From: Azolla caroliniana
Taxonomy: Eukaryota > Plantae > Polypodiophyta
DNA: 64,000 nt
Assembly (NCBI GenBank): GCA_043228905.1
Contig: JBHGNT010000005.1
Span: 14,756,001 to 14,820,000 of the forward strand
Reading direction: 5' to 3'
Shown here: positions 10,701 to 25,220 of the stretch, piece by piece
Numbering within the stretch: the stretch's first letter is position 1
How the letters are laid out: every line of letters starts with the position of its first letter
Program-made: the position numbers and the translations under genes
Notes under the pieces: model-generated
Told to the model about the DNA's origin: nothing
Databases searched by the model: none
Seen by the model: only the letters and a program-made list of their open reading frames with translations

Positions 10701-13373
10701 AGCTGCCGTCCTTCCTGTCTTCAGTCCTTCCATGAAGCATGGTACCAGTTGCAATAGTCGGCCTAACGACAACGTTATTTGGCAATCTTGTAACGCCTGC
10801 CATGTTTGGTTTTCGGGCTGCCCCGGGCCGGTGAGCTCTTCGCCATTCTCTTTTTGTTGTTCGAGCTCTGCCATATTCTGCTCATTTGCCTTCTTCACCC
10901 ATTCGGTTGCCTACTTCCAGATGGCTTCTTGCCTTTTGATCTTGTAGTGACTTGTTGTATGTCCGTGACTTCCGCGTCTACCATGTTCACCGTTGGTCGC
11001 TTGTCGTAGCTCTTCACCGGACATTGATTACTATAGTGGCCTTCTTGCCGGCAATAATAGGAGTACGGCTTTCGGGTGTTGGTGGATTCGGCGTGTGTGC
11101 TTGGTTTTGGTCCTGTGGTAAGTGCTTGGTTTTGGTCCAATTGGCTGCTTGGAGCGCCCTTTTCCGGTTCCTGTGAATGACCCCCCTTTTTGTTGAAATG
11201 ACGTTTCTTGAAATTCTTTTTGTTTCGGTAACCTTGATGGTGTTGGTCGTCATACTTGCCATAGTCGTCCCGTCGGTGGTTGTAACCAAGGGAGTGATCC
11301 CGGTTGTATCTCTTGTACCGTCCATTATAGTCCCGGTATCTATCCTGTATGTCATACCGGTCAAAAGCGTCTCTTCGATCGTTGTACCAGACATCTTGTG
11401 CCGGTCGGTAGCACTCCTCTCGCCGTCAACGTTCTTCTTCTTCCTCCTGGTTGCTCCGTGGTTCAATTTTCCGGACCGGTGGTGCTTGCCGATTTAACAA
11501 GTTATACTAACACCGTTCCATTGTGTGACTTCTGGAGTGGTAGAGCAAGCATTGGGAACGCATGGTGCATTCCAGCGCCGAATGTCCGGCATTCAGGCAT
11601 GTCGTACATTGAACTGCTTGCTGGAAACGAAGGTCCTCTTCCATTGGTAGTGCATGCTGAAGTGCGCCCATGGTTAGCCATGAACTTGAGGTTTCCATTT
11701 CCCGAACTCGGTCGATCACTTGATCTATGATGTTGGTGCGGAAATCAATAACGGTGCACACCGTACGTAAGGGTTCCCGGAGGGCTGCTAAAAATATGGC
11801 CTTTGTTTCTTCCTCCGGTGGTGTTCGGCCGAGCTGACTGTGGATCTGCTGGAACCGGATGACAAACTGCTGAATGTTCTCCGTTGATTCCTGCCAGATA
11901 CTGTAAAATAAGCCTACCATTTCCTGCTCGTCCATCTCCTTGTGAAAGAAATGCAAAATTTTTGTCTTTAATGTATCAAACGTGGGGATGGTGCTGGGAT
12001 CTTGTGTTCGGTGCCATCTGGCGGCCGGTCCCTCTAAGGTCATGCCGAACTCTTCCCTTTTTGAGTGTTCCTCTTCGGCTGCATTTAAGCGTTGGGAGAC
12101 ATGGTTCGCCTCCCAGGTCTGCTGAAACGCATGGACGTGGGCTTCCGCGTTCGGATCATCCCGGTATCTGGGATATTGGAACGGAATATCGTCGTCTGGT
12201 GTCGGTACACGGGCTGGTGGTGTCGGTGGTCGTTCCTCCTCTTTTGATGTCGGAGGTTTTTCCCGGTCTTCTGTCGCCGTCGAAGGTCTTTCCTGCTCCT
12301 CTTTCGGTGTCGGAGGCTTCTCCTCCTCGACTTTCGGTGTCAGAGGTCTCTCGTCCTCGACTTCTGGTTCCACAGTGTGGTCAACTTGCGGTACCGGAGG
12401 TTCTAGCCTTGTCAATTCTGGTTCTGGTGTCAGCAAGGTATCCGACTCCTCGTCCTCTGGTTCACCTGGGGTGTCGTTACTACTGCGGTAGTTCGTCTGC
12501 GCGCTGTATCCCCCGTCCGAACCCGATTCAAATGCCGAAAATGCTTCGGATTCTCCTTCCCCCGCTACCAATGCCTGGAGAAGGGATTCCGCTTCTCGGA
12601 GGCTACTTAGGCTGCTTCCTTCGTCTGGGTAGGCGTTTTGTGGTAACCGAAGTGACTCCTTGGCCACTCTCCGGATCACCTTGGAAAATGAACGATCCGC
12701 TCTGATTTCTTCTGCTGCTTGCTGGAAAGCCTCTCGCTTCCTCAGCCGTTCAACAAGTCTCCTTGTTCGCTCCATAACCAGGTCGTTCGTTGGTCGCATC
12801 ATCCATTCCTGCCGATGTTCGCTGCGATTGTGCAGGAATCGTGGTCGCCAAAAACTGTGTTAATCCTTAGGGCCGGACAATGACCTAGAGTCACTAGGCC
12901 CTCAATGTTGTGTTTGTGTGGGAACCGTCAGCCGTGAACTAACATGGTAGAGGGGCCGTGTTAATCCTTAGGGATGGACAATAGCCTAACACAGGGTGTC
13001 TCTAGAAGACACTTCACCAAAGGGGTGTTACGGTGAGATAACTTAAGACACAACGATTAATCCGACTTAATTGGCTACTTAGCAATAAAGCATTCACTTA
13101 ATACACGCGTAAGATATAACAATTAATACAGAACGGTAATCAATACGTGAAGATAAAACAAGAAACTTATATTAATTTTTCGTTAAAGTTTTACATTGTA
13201 ACCAGGCCTTTATATAGGTCACCGGTGATGTGTACAAAACGGTGCCAACCGGCGCCTATTCGGAACCGGTCCGGATCCGGATCGACATACCGATTCTGGT
13301 CCGTTCATTCACTACATAATTATAATCTACTCTACTTAATTAAAATATATTCCGAATAACCATCCCTTTCACA
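7716..13373 (-). mobile_element. Ty3/gypsy element A2 (relative of A): 5' LTR, PBS, gag-PR-RT-RH-IN with stops and frameshifts, interrupted in integrase
   Basis: LTR ~12856-13373 (TGTGAAAGGG start on minus), PBS TGGCGACCAC at 12841-12850 (tRNA-Arg(UCG)-like), gag 11507-12802, RT 9072-9920, RH/IN 7716-9053 (VDASD, HCGVAGGH, CDLCQ, GLDFVGP, SDQG, ANGLAE). Confidence 0.93.
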
Positions 13374-13479
13374 TTCTGGTCTTTAACTCCTTTGCCGGCC
13401 AGGTAACAGGCCGAAACTGAACTCGACGAGCATCAAGCTCGCGGAGTCCTAAGGTGTAAGCTCCTCCTTTTCTCCTTCT

Positions 13480-13666
13480 CCCTAGTTCGAGACCCCTATG
13501 GTTCCGCCCGAACGACACGTGCGCGGATATCTCGATGTGCTTTGTCGGAAAATGGAATACCAGGTTCCGAGCCATGTGGATGCTATTATGATTGGGTCAT
13601 TGATAGAGATGCCAAGGTCTTTCAGGATTGTCTTAAGCCATATGACTTCACATGCAGCCAAAAACA
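13480..13666 (-). mobile_element. Old copia RNase H remnant (left part; host of element B)
   Basis: ACEVIWLKTILKDLG and FPTKHIEI motifs; continues at 18644. Confidence 0.75.
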
Positions 13667-16600
13667 TGTTGGGAGACAGGTCCCTCCGGATGGGAAGGGA
13701 GAAGAACAGTGCCGATGAACAAACTCGACCGAGGCCGAAACCGGATGGTGCAAACCCGGTGAGAACCGGATGAGGAGTACCCGGCTACGGAGAGCCGGAT
13801 GGTGCAGACCCGGTGAGAACCGGATGAAGAGACATATTCGTAAATATGTTTCTGAGAGTCCATAGAGGCTATATTTGTAAATAGCCGAAAAGTCATATTA
13901 GTATAAATATGACTTAGGGCAAACTTTTAGTTGTTGTTGTTCTTGTTGGTGCAAGAAGAGAGATAGCGAATAACCGTGTACAGAGAGAGAGAGAGAGAGA
14001 GAGAAAGAGGTCGTTGCCTCTGTTGTAACCGCCGCCTGTGGCGAAGATCGTGAGCACGAGGTCATTGCCTCCGTGAACTCACTGTTGTACATTCTAACAT
14101 AATGATAGTTTGCAGCCTGTGGGCTGCCGTGGTTTTTTCCCTAGTTTGGGGTTTTCCACATAAACATCTTGTGTCGTGTTTATTTCCCATTTTTCTGTGT
14201 ATGATTCTGAGCTCGGTTGTGGCCGAGCGTTGCGTAGAAGGAGCGTACAGTTCCTGTCAAGTGGTATCAGAGCGAAACGACACAGAAAATGGACGATTCG
14301 TTGGGAGGCATGTTCAAGCTCACCGGCTCCAACTATTCGGTATGAAAGTCGAAGATGAGGGACATGCTCGTGGTTAAAGACCTCTGGCTGTCGGTTCAGT
14401 TCGGGGACATGAGACCGGACAAAATCGACGCCGCGATATGGGAGGTGATGCACATGAAGACAACGACATACATATGGTGTTTCATCGACATGAGCCTATA
14501 CAACAACTTCAATGAAGAGAGCAAGGCTCATGAGCTCTGGGAGAAGATCGGCATAATGTTTCAAAACAAAAATGTTGTTAATCAGGTTTCAGTATTCCGG
14601 AAGCTGGTAAGACTCCGGTACCAAGATGGCTCCAGCATGGGGGAGCATATGAATGCCTTCCAGGGGCTGAAACACCAGGCAACATCATTGGAAGTACCTC
14701 TCGCCGATGAGGTACTAGCGCTACTCCTGCTCGGTTCCCTCCCGGATAGCTGGGAGACGTTGGTTGTCACTTTGGGCAACGCCGGGCCGGAAGGAAAGCG
14801 GTTATCCCTAACAAGAGTAAAGTCGAGCTTGCTAGATGAGGAGGCGCGTCGGAAAGATAAAGATACGAGCTCCAATTCCAAAGCGCTCCTTACCGAATCG
14901 GATCGTGGAAGACAAAGAAAACGTAGTCCCCAGAACCGGGAAAAGTCGGGGACACGGTCAAAGTCAAGGGGGAGACCTACTTGCTTCTATTGCGGCAAGC
15001 CGGGACACTTCCAGAAGAACTGTCGGCATTTCCGAAAGGACAAGGAAACCGACGGTACCGATTCGAAGCGTATACCGGACCGGAACGATAAAGACCGGAG
15101 GGGGCCGGACCGGAAGGGGACGACGGCAATCGCAACAAGTGAAGAAGAGTTGATGCTCATCACCGAGGAGAGTGAGATAAACCTTGCCGGCGACGAGATG
15201 ACTTGGGTAGTCGACTCCGGAGCGTCGTTCCACCTTACCCCGGACTGGAAATGCTTCTCATCTTACTCAGCCGGTGATCACGGTTGTGTCCGGATGGGGA
15301 ATGAAGGAACATGCCGAATTGTCGGCATGGGAGACGTGTGGCTGACAACACCAACCAGATGCAAGTTGCTGCTGAAGGATGTCTGACACGTTCCAGAGGT
15401 TCGTCTGAACCTGATATCAGCCGGTCGGCTAGATGATGAAGGCTACACGGGTAGCATCCGGAACGGTGTCATGAAGTTCAGCAAAGGGAGCCTGATTGTG
15501 GCTCGGGCCCGGAAGGTCAACACGCTGTACCTGATGAATGCCCGGTTATGTCCGGAAGAAGTGAACGTGGCATCCGACACTGCCGGTGAGCTGTGGCACA
15601 AAAGGCTGTGTCATATGAGCGAGAAGGGGATGAAGAGGCTTGCAGACGACAACCTCATTCCAGTGAAGAATGTGCACTTGGAGAAGTGCACTGATTGTCT
15701 GGCCGGTAAGCAAAACCGGACCTCCTTCCGACCAAGGCCACCGATGAGACGTAATGCACCACTGGAGTTAGTGCATACGAATGTGTGTCAAGTAGACACA
15801 AAGTCACATGCCGGATCGCAGTACTTCGTGACGTTCATAGATGACCACAACCGGAAGCTGTGGGCCACACCGTTGAAGACGAAGGATCAAGTGTTATCCG
15901 TCTTCAAAGAGCTCCAGGCGAGAGTGGAAAGAGAAACCGGCCGGAAGCTGAAGGCGATTCGAGAAGATAACGGAGAAGAATACCAGGGGCAATTCGAGGA
16001 GTACTGCCGCTCGAAGGGAATCCGGCTCGAATTTACCGTGCCGAAGACGTCGGAACTAAACGGACTGGCCGAGAGGATGAACCGGACCATAATGGAGAGG
16101 GTCCGGAGTATGCTAGCGCATGCAAAACTACCCAAGAAGTTTTGGGTTGAGGCATTGTCGACGTCGACATATGTGATAAATAGATCACCCTCAGTACCCT
16201 TGGACGGAGACACGCCACAGAGAGTTTGGACCGGTAAGGAAGTATCCTACCGGCATCTGAGGGTGTTCGGGTGTCTCGCGTACGTGCATGTAGCTAAGGA
16301 CCGGAGAGGAAAGTTAGATCCAAAGACCTGGCCATGCATATTCCTCGGTTAAGGTGACGATGAGTTCGGCTACCGAGTGTGGGACCTGGTCGACAAGAAG
16401 GTATTCCGGAGTCGAGATATTATCTTCATGGAGGACAAGATGCTTGCCGACTGGGAGTCAGAGAAGAAGATAATGAACTCCGAGTCGACCGGTAAGGATA
16501 GACTCTACAATGAACAGACCCAACCGGCAAGATACCGGTTAGCACTCGAGGAGCCAGCCGGTTACGGTGAGGATATCAAACTGACAGAAGAAGAAGTAGA

Positions 16601-18643
16601 GGAAGCTGAAACCGGAACCGGCCAAGACCCCGAATCGGATTCAGATGAAGAGCAAATGGAGGAGTCGGTTACCAAAGCCCGAAGACGGAGATATCCTCTC
16701 AGAGAGAGAAGGGCACACCGAAGATTTCCGGATGCAGAGCATGTTCTGCTGACCGATGAGGGGGAGCCGGAAAGCTTCAAAGAACCGGAGGGATTTTCGG
16801 AGGGATTTTCGGAGAAAGGGAAGGAGCACCTGGTATGCCGGCTGAAGAAGAGCTTGTATGGACTAAAGCAGGCTCCCCGACAATGGTACCGGAAGTTCGA
16901 TTCCTTCATGACCGATCAAGGGTACCACAAGACGCAGGCCGATCATTGCGTGTTTGTGAAGAAGTTTGAAGGAGGCGACTTCCTGATACTCCTTCTGTAC
17001 GTAGATGACATGTTGATCGTCGGATGGGACCAAGTCAAAATACGGATGCTGAAGAAGGCTTTGAACCGGACCTTCTCAATGAAAGACTTGGGTCTAGCAA
17101 GACAGATGTTGGGCATGCATATTATCCGGAACCGGTCAGTGAAGCAATTATGGCTGTCACAGGAGAAGTACGTGACAAAGGTGCTTCACCGGTTCAACAT
17201 GTCAGATGCGAAACCGGTCGGATCGACACTTCCGGCAAACTACAGGCTATCCGGTAAGCAAAGCCCGAAGACGAAAGCAGAGAAGGCGGATATGATGAAG
17301 ATTCCATATGCCTCTGCCGTCGGGAGCTTGATGTACGCAATGGTGTGTACCCGACCGGATATAGGATACGCAGTCGGAGTGGTGAGCCAATTCATGAGCA
17401 ATCCTGGGAAGGAGCACTGGAACGTGGTCAAATGGATACTCCGGTACTTGAAGGGCACTTCACATATGTGTCTCCGATTCGGCTCCGGAAAACCTCAACT
17501 TGACGGTTTCACCGATTTGGACATGTCAGCTGATGTGGATACCAGCCGGTCTACATCCGGGTATGTAATGACATATGTAGGGGGAGCTATGTCGTGGCAG
17601 TCAAGACTGCAGAAGACGGTTGCATTGTCAACCACGGAGGCGGAGTACATGGCGGTTGTGGAAGCCGGTAAGGAAATATTATGGATGAAGGACTTCATCG
17701 GAGAACTCGGTATCCGGCAAGATGAATACCGACTCTATTGCGACAGTCAAAGTGCCATCCATCTTGCTAAGAATGCGGCCTACCATTCCCGGACGAAGCA
17801 TATCCAGCGAAGATATCATTGGATCCGGGAAAGAGTAGATGACCAGGAGTTCGCACTGACGAAGATCCACGCGGCCGAGAACGGGTCAGATATGCTGACC
17901 AAAGTGTTGATACCCGACAAGCTGGATGCATGCCGGAAGAGGATCGGACTGGTAAGACACCCCATGCCGGAGTGAAGGGGGAGTTTGTTGGGAGACAGGT
18001 CCCTCCGGATGGGAAGGGAGAAGAACAGTGCCGATGAACAAACTCGGCCGAGGCCGAAACCGGATGGTGCAGACCCGGTGAGAACCGGATGAGGAGTACC
18101 CGGCTACGGAGAGCCGGATGGTGCAGACCCAGTGAGAACCGGATGAGGAGTACCCGGCTACGGAGATCCAGATGCTGCAGACCTGGTGAGAACCGGATGA
18201 AGAGACATATTCGTAAATATGTTTCTGAGAGTCCATAGAGGCTATATTTGTAAATAGCCGAAAAGTCATATTAGTATAAATATGACTTAGGGCAAACTTT
18301 TAGTTGTTGTTGTTCTTGTTGGTGCAAGAAGAGAGATAGCGCGTAACCGTGTACAGAGAGAGAGAGAGAAAGAGGTCATTGCCTCTGTTGTAACCGCCGC
18401 CTGTGGCGAAGATCGTGAGCACGAGGTCGTTGCCTCCGTGAACTCACTGTTGTACATTCTAACATAGTGATAGTTTGCAGCCTGTGGGCTGCCATGGTTT
18501 TTTCCCTAGTTTGGGGTTTTCCACGTAAACATCTTGTGTACTCTTCTCTTCTCTGTGTCGTGTTTATTTCCCGTTTTTCTGTGTATGATTCTAAGCTCGG
18601 TTGTGGCCGAGCGTTGCGTAGAAGGAGCGCACATTTCTTGTCA
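13667..18643 (+). mobile_element. Ty1/copia element B (Tnt1-like), both LTRs present, defective
   Basis: LTRs 13667-14259 and 17986-18643, TSD AAACA, PBS TGGTATCAGAGC (tRNA-iMet) 14262-14273, PPT GAAGGGGGAG; gag-PR-IN-RT-RH with stops at 15384 and 16350 and an internal deletion of the RT N-terminus near 16780. Confidence 0.96.
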
Positions 18644-19195
18644 AAACACACCCCTATATTCGACCACTATGCTCGAAGGTGCAACCATGGCTTGCTTTTA
18701 ATTGTTCCACGATATTTCTCTACTGCCAAAGGAGGAAAACAATCCAAAGGTCGATTGTTTATCGGTCTTACAGCCGGCCCAGTCGGCATCTATGTACCCT
18801 TTGAGTCGAATTGGTGTGGCCATTTTGTAGAGGATGTCACAGTCCATCGTCCCACTTACATACTTGAGTACTTGCTTAGCAAAGTCTAGATGGATGCCGC
18901 AAGGTGTCTGCATGAACTGGCTAAGGAGGCCACCCGGATAATTGAGGTTGGGTCGACTAATGGTGAGGCAGATCAAGCTTCCGACTAGCTGATGATAGTG
19001 AGTCGGCTCACACTCTTCTGTGCCGGAGTCTACATCTAGCTCCAAGTTTTGATCGTGATGGGTTGCCGCATATTTGCACTCAGTCATCCTGAACTTGTAT
19101 AACAAGTCGAGGATGTGGTGCCTTTGGGAGATCATAATGTCGGTTGGGGTCCGAATTATTTCTATACCAAGAAAGTAATGGAGCTCCTTCATATT
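18644..19195 (-). mobile_element. Old copia RT/RNase H remnant (right part)
   Basis: YFLGIEI, LVGSLICLTISRP, GYIDADWAG motifs. Confidence 0.85.
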
Positions 19196-19218
19196 GTTGG
19201 CCGGTTTGGATGATCATG

Positions 19219-22200
19219 TGTGAAAGGGCCGAACAAAGAGCAGGTGGGGCCAAACGAGGCAGTAAAGAAGGCGGGAAGTAAAAATAACGAATATTTAATA
19301 TTAGTAATGGTTCACGCTCTATTCGTAACCGCCCATGATCCCTAAAAAAAGGGACATGGAAAGCTTGTAAAAACTAATCGAATAGTATTGTATCAAGCTG
19401 CCTTTGAAATAGAAAATTTGTTTGCTGATACATTGTGTTCTGTGTCAAAATCTATCTATGTTGAGTTCTTATGTTTCCTGTTTATTGTATACGTAACCAG
19501 TCGGTTATAACTGGCCCAGGTTCAATCTCCATAGTCCCCACAGTCACGATCGATTCGATTCATACGTGGGTTATCGCGATCGGATCTCCCTAAGTGATGT
19601 GACACTAGGACATTTCCCCCAACCACAAGACCTTGAGCCGGATACAAAAGGACGAGTATCTGACACCATGTTATCTTAGGCTAGTAACACTTTTGCATGC
19701 CTGGTGGGACTATGTGTACACAGAGAACAACTAGGGCATGGATGTCGTTTAGTCGATGAGGCAGCAAAGAGACGACGAAACGAGGCAAACCTCACACTCG
19801 AGTGGAATCCTGACGTGCGGTAGTGGCCGTATTAGAACAGTCGCTAAGAGACGTTCGTTCCACTACCGAACGACAAAGAAAGTGTGGTTGAGTCCACGCT
19901 CACCAACCAAGTTCACCTAGGGCCGGAAGTCCTATCCAAAACACGACATGAGCGCGGAACAACCAGCGGCAGTAGTTCGGAGGTCGACCACAGCGATGAC
20001 CACACCTCACACACTACTGACCGTGCTCATGACATTATTGACGTACACGACCCCAACACAATGTTGTACCCATATCCCTATTACAATGACGAAGTTGATG
20101 TCGAGACACATGTGCGTGCCTTTCTCACCACGTGCCTCAACGACTAGTAGAGGCCGATGCGAACACGTTGAAAATGGCAGAGTTCGGGCTATCCCTAAAC
20201 GACTAGGCAACAAATTGGTATTGACAATATGACTTGGAGGAATTCCAGAATTTCAAATAGCTGAAGTCGAGGTTTCTCTGACTGTTTCATCGCCGAATCC
20301 CTCAACGCGAACTAATAAGTCAATTCTAAGTTATCGGTCAGTACGACCAAGAAACCGTCTCACAATTCGTTATTCGCTTCCAGAGTCTCTGGTGCCAACT
20401 CATGCGGCCGTCCCTGGAGGATAAGGTTAAGGAGACCTTTTTGGTGGCCTTGCGCGAGCCCCTATGAACAACCCTAGCAATGGTCGAATTCATAAGGCAA
20501 ACACCCGAAGATGTTATCGATTGCATACTTCGATTGGATAGTGTAGAGATGGGTGGAAGCATGTCTATGACCACCTTGCAGTGAACCCTACCCATGGATG
20601 ACGAACTGCGGTTCTATCAGGATGTCCAATGCACCACCTGTCTCAACCCAGGGCACTGGACTATCGAATCTAACCTGCGGGTGTACTGCTCAATGTGTCA
20701 CTCTAGGGCACATACCTTAGAAAAATGTGGATATAACCTCTTGAATTGACCCGCAACACTGGTTGGACATATCGAACCACAAAACACCAGAGATGACAGT
20801 TGGAGGATCGCTTCCGACAAGCTGATCGATATAGGGGCGAGGAGCATCCTCAGTAGGAAGCAGATTGGTATTGGGATGACGACTACCATCGTGAAGACGT
20901 CTACCGGCAAGAGGATTGTTACGACAATGCGTACGCACCCCGATACGACAATCCGCAACTCACGAATAACATGGGGGCAACCGGTGACCCCAACATCCTC
21001 AACAGTTAGATGAGAGTCTTAACGACGACTGACAAGGGCCACCGAACAACAACCGCTTAGACAATCGTCGAAAGCCCCATTATATGTGGTCATACCAATA
21101 CCAATCGTGACCCTAGGGTGAACCCGAAAGGCAAGTAGAGCCAATCGCTCTGCTAACAGTCAAAAGAGGCGAATTGAGCATACATTGCTTTAATTGCCAG
21201 CAACTAGGGCATTACGCAACCCAATGCCCACAAGGGGACAAACACAAGGGGCCAGGCGTAAACACAATCACATCTGAGGTACAACAAGTCACCACGCGCA
21301 ACCAAGAAAAGGCAACAAAATGGAAGGTTCAGGATGAAATTAGGAAGGTTGTGAAATCATGGATCGAAAAAACAAATGATGCGAATGTCAAAAGAATGCA
21401 ATAGGAAAGAAAGACCGGTCCAAACATCGCGGCCACTCCACCACCATCGGTCGACGATGCAACAATGGATGAAGACCCCATTTGTGAGGCCCTTGCGGAC
21501 TACCAGATCATGATGTCAATGCAGAAACTACTAAACGTAGTTCTGCGGTTTCGATAGACGATAGAGGCTAGAGTACTTAAGGAGGACCCACCAACTGTCA
21601 CGGAAAAGTTCACCGAGTCCGCTAAGGGGCCGGTGGTCGTGGATCGCCACAACCTCGCAATAAAGATCATCATCAAGGGGGAAGAAATATCAGGGTGCCT
21701 AATTGACGACAATTCGAGGGTGAACGTCATCAGTAAAGACACTTGTAACCGCATGGGCATCGCAACTTGGGAAGCTTGCTCATTTTGGGTCCACATGGCT
21801 GCCACTTGATCAATCCGACCTTTGGGATTGCTTTGGAAGTTAGAAATCGTGGTAGGCGAACTTGGATTCGAAATATCAACGGTGGTACTAGCACTAGACG
21901 CACCAGAAGCATACCCACTCCTATTAGGATGACCATGGCCACACACATAAAATATCAACCAAAATTGGCAGCATAATCTCATTAGCTTTCGCGGGGTTGA
22001 ACCAAAATTCAGGTGCCGACCCAAGAGTGTGCGCCAATAGGGAAAGAGCTGACCCCACTATATGTAGAAGAAATCCATATGCTGGAAGGACTGGAAGATG
22101 AAGAAGTGGATCAATACCTTGACAAAAACCTGTGGCTTGTGCCCCTATTTGAAATTGACGTTATTGGAACAGCTGACGCTTACATCAAACCCACGATAGC

Positions 22201-23048
22201 CAAGGAGGACGTCTACGAGCCGGACATGGGTGCGATCACAGAGCTTTGACAAGCACAGGAACCATTCGACCGCGAAATGAAGGTATCCTGATGCGTGACG
22301 ACCTCAACATTAGAAGAAATCAATTTCGGGACCATCGAGGAGTCGCAACCAGTTACCATAGCCAACGATTTGCCGAGACCAGACAAAGCGGTTATGATTG
22401 AGCTATTACGGGAATCCAAAGATGTATTTGCCTGGTTGCATAAAGATATGAAGGGGCTTGAACCGAAGTTTTACTAGCACCAAATACATCTATCGACGGA
22501 TGCCAAGCTGGTCCAATAACGTCATTATTGAATGAATCCGAATTACGTCGTACGCATAAAGAAAGAAATCGATAAATTACCAAAAATCGGATTCCTTTGT
22601 CCCATCAAGAAAGCAATATGGCAGAGTTCGATCGTCGTAGTACCAAAGAAGAATGGAAAGATCCGAGTGTGTGTTGATTATAGGAAGTTAAATGTGGTAA
22701 CCATAACCGATGCATTCCCCCTACCGTTCACCGATGGCGTGCTAGATGTCGTTGCCGGCCATGAGATGTACAGTTTTTAGAAGGGTTTAGCGGTTACACC
22801 CAGCAGATCAGGAGAAGATGGCTTTTGTTACGGACTAGGGTGTGTTCGTTGTTGTAGTAATGATGTTTGGGTTGAAAACCACGCTGGCTACATTTCAAAG
22901 CACCGAGATATTCGGCGAATATATACCGGCATTCATGCAAGTATTTTTTAGAAGATTTTGCGGTTTATATCACGAAGAGCGAACATTTACAACACCTTCG
23001 ACTATGCTTAGAAAGATGTAGATCGGCAAGGCTCAGGCTCAACCTAGT
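19219..23048 (+). mobile_element. Highly decayed Ty3/gypsy element F (relative of A/A2), truncated in RT by copia G
   Basis: Starts TGTGAAAGGG like the A2 LTR; fragments YPYPYYNDEVDVETHVRAFL, CFNCQQLGHYATQC, LYVEEIHMLEGL, RVCVDYRKLN; many C-to-T stops. Confidence 0.88.
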
Positions 23049-25220
23049 TGTTGAGAGAGCAAGCTCAACCGGATCCGGATCAGCTGAATAAGCCAAAGTC
23101 GGATCGATATCCGGAACGGAGAGCCGGATCAATGTCCGGATGGTATCCGGAACCAGGAGCCGGATCGGATTGAAACTAGTAGGCCGTTGGAGGCGTACGG
23201 ATCTAGCCTAGTACGTAGGCATAGTTTTGGGAGTCAGTGTCAGTCGCTCGTATGAGCATTGAAGTACCTCTCAGTACTTCTGTCAGTCCTTTATGGACTT
23301 GTATAAAAGTGCTCTTTGAGCACATTCTACATAAAGAGCATTATGTTTTGAATTGAGTTTTTATGTTCTTCTCTCTTTGTCTCAGACTCTCGTGTATTCT
23401 CTATTAAACCTTCTTCTCTCTACGTTCTATCGGTATTCGACTGAGCCGGTTTGTCATATGCTTCCGCATATTAACTTTCACATGGTATTAGAACACGAGG
23501 GTTGAGAACCTCTGCAGCCGACAGACGCTTCCGAAGACAAACCCTAACACCCGATGAAGAACAGAAGAGGACCGAGATGGATAGAGGTATGACAAGTTCG
23601 CTTCCCACAGAAAAGCTCGACTGGAGCAACTATGCATCCTGGTCATATAAAATGCACCAGTAGCTATTGGGGCATGGTTACTGGAGCTATGTGGAAGGAA
23701 CGAACAATGTAGCGTCGAAGCCAGCACACAAGGACTTCCCTGCATGGGAACAAGGAGCTAGTAGAGCATTGTACTGCCTCGCATGCTGTGTGCACGATTA
23801 GATGCTCGGCTACATCAAGGATGCAAAAATGCCAAAGGAGACCTGAGAAAATCTTGAGAAGATTTTCCCTGCAAGTACCACAACCCGTAAGTTGTAGCTC
23901 CGGCAATAGCTGAACAACATCCGGTAGAGAGATATGTCAGTTACGGAGTACACCACCACAATAAAGGAGATTTGTGACGCACTCTATTCCATCAATGTGA
24001 TGGTGAACGAAGACGAAATGGTACAAATCTGCCTTGGTGGTCTAGCACAACCATGTGGGCCAATCCGGATAGTGATCTGCACTCGGGAGAAGCCACCGTC
24101 CTTCTTCGACCTGCAATCGATGTGAGTGGGTCGAGGACCACTCAACCGGACAATAGATGTTGTACACGGAGCCAGAGATTGGTCGGCACGCAATGGAGGC
24201 GGCCGGCAAGAGCAGAATCGAAGGCACAAAGACAGGGCCGACAACAGTTCTGGACTCTCCACAAGCTATGGGAGTCAAAACGGCGCCAGAAACCAGCAAG
24301 GGAAGGCCGACACAAAATGCTGGTATTGTGGTAAGAAAGGCCACAAAGAAAGTGAGTGCTAGAAGAAGCGCGCCGATTTGGACAAATCCGGATCCAGCAA
24401 GGCCGGATAGGGAAACCGGCAAAGCTCACACCACGCAAAAGGATCCAATACCAAGAAAAACGGAAAGGGGCCAACCTTTGTGATGAAGCATAAGACTAAC
24501 TCGATGAAGAAGACTACTTCCAAATCGGAGGAAGTATGGCATGCTAATTCTGGAGCGTCAAGCCACATGACGAGCCACGAGGAGTGGTTCTCGTTTTTGG
24601 AGAAACCAAAACAACCGGGAATCCTCAAAACCGGAGATCACACCCCTCACCTGATTGTGCATGTCGAAGAAGTCCCCTTAAGCCATGTTGGAAAAAAGGG
24701 AAAGTTGATGAACGTACTACACATTCCAACAATCACAAAGAACTTGGTGTTGGTTGGACAAATCGTCAACTAGGGAATGTAGGTGCAGTTTACGCACCTC
24801 AGGTGCTTCATTAAGGAAGAAGGCCGGATAATTGCACAAGGGCGTAGAAACGGGATGATGTTCATCCTTGACACCAACGACGTCAGCACCGCCCTATTTG
24901 CCAAAGGACAAAATATTGAATCGGACATCGATCTCTAGCTCAAGAGGATAGGCCACGTCAACTATCGGAGGCTTCAAGACCTGCAATCGAAATAGGTTGT
25001 TCTCAGATTGCTAAAATTCAGTGGCTGGAAAGCCCAAATATGTGAAGCCTGCCAACTCGGGAAACAACACCGGCTTCCATTCCCCACCGAATGAAACCGG
25101 AGCCGTAACAAGCTTGACTTAATCCACTCCGATGTATGGGGACCAAGACAGAACGTTAGTCTTAGTAGGAGTCGGTATTTTGTCTCCTTCATCGACGACT
25201 ACAACGGTCACACATGGATC
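23049..25220 (+). mobile_element. Ty1/copia element G: 5' LTR, decayed gag-PR and start of integrase, 3'-truncated; same family as C
   Basis: LTR 23049-23482 (TGTTGA...TTCACA) homologous to the reverse complement of 45730-46206; PBS TGGTATTAGA at 23483; CWYCGKKGHKESEC, NSGASSHMT, CEACQLGKQH, IHSDVWGP. Confidence 0.9.
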
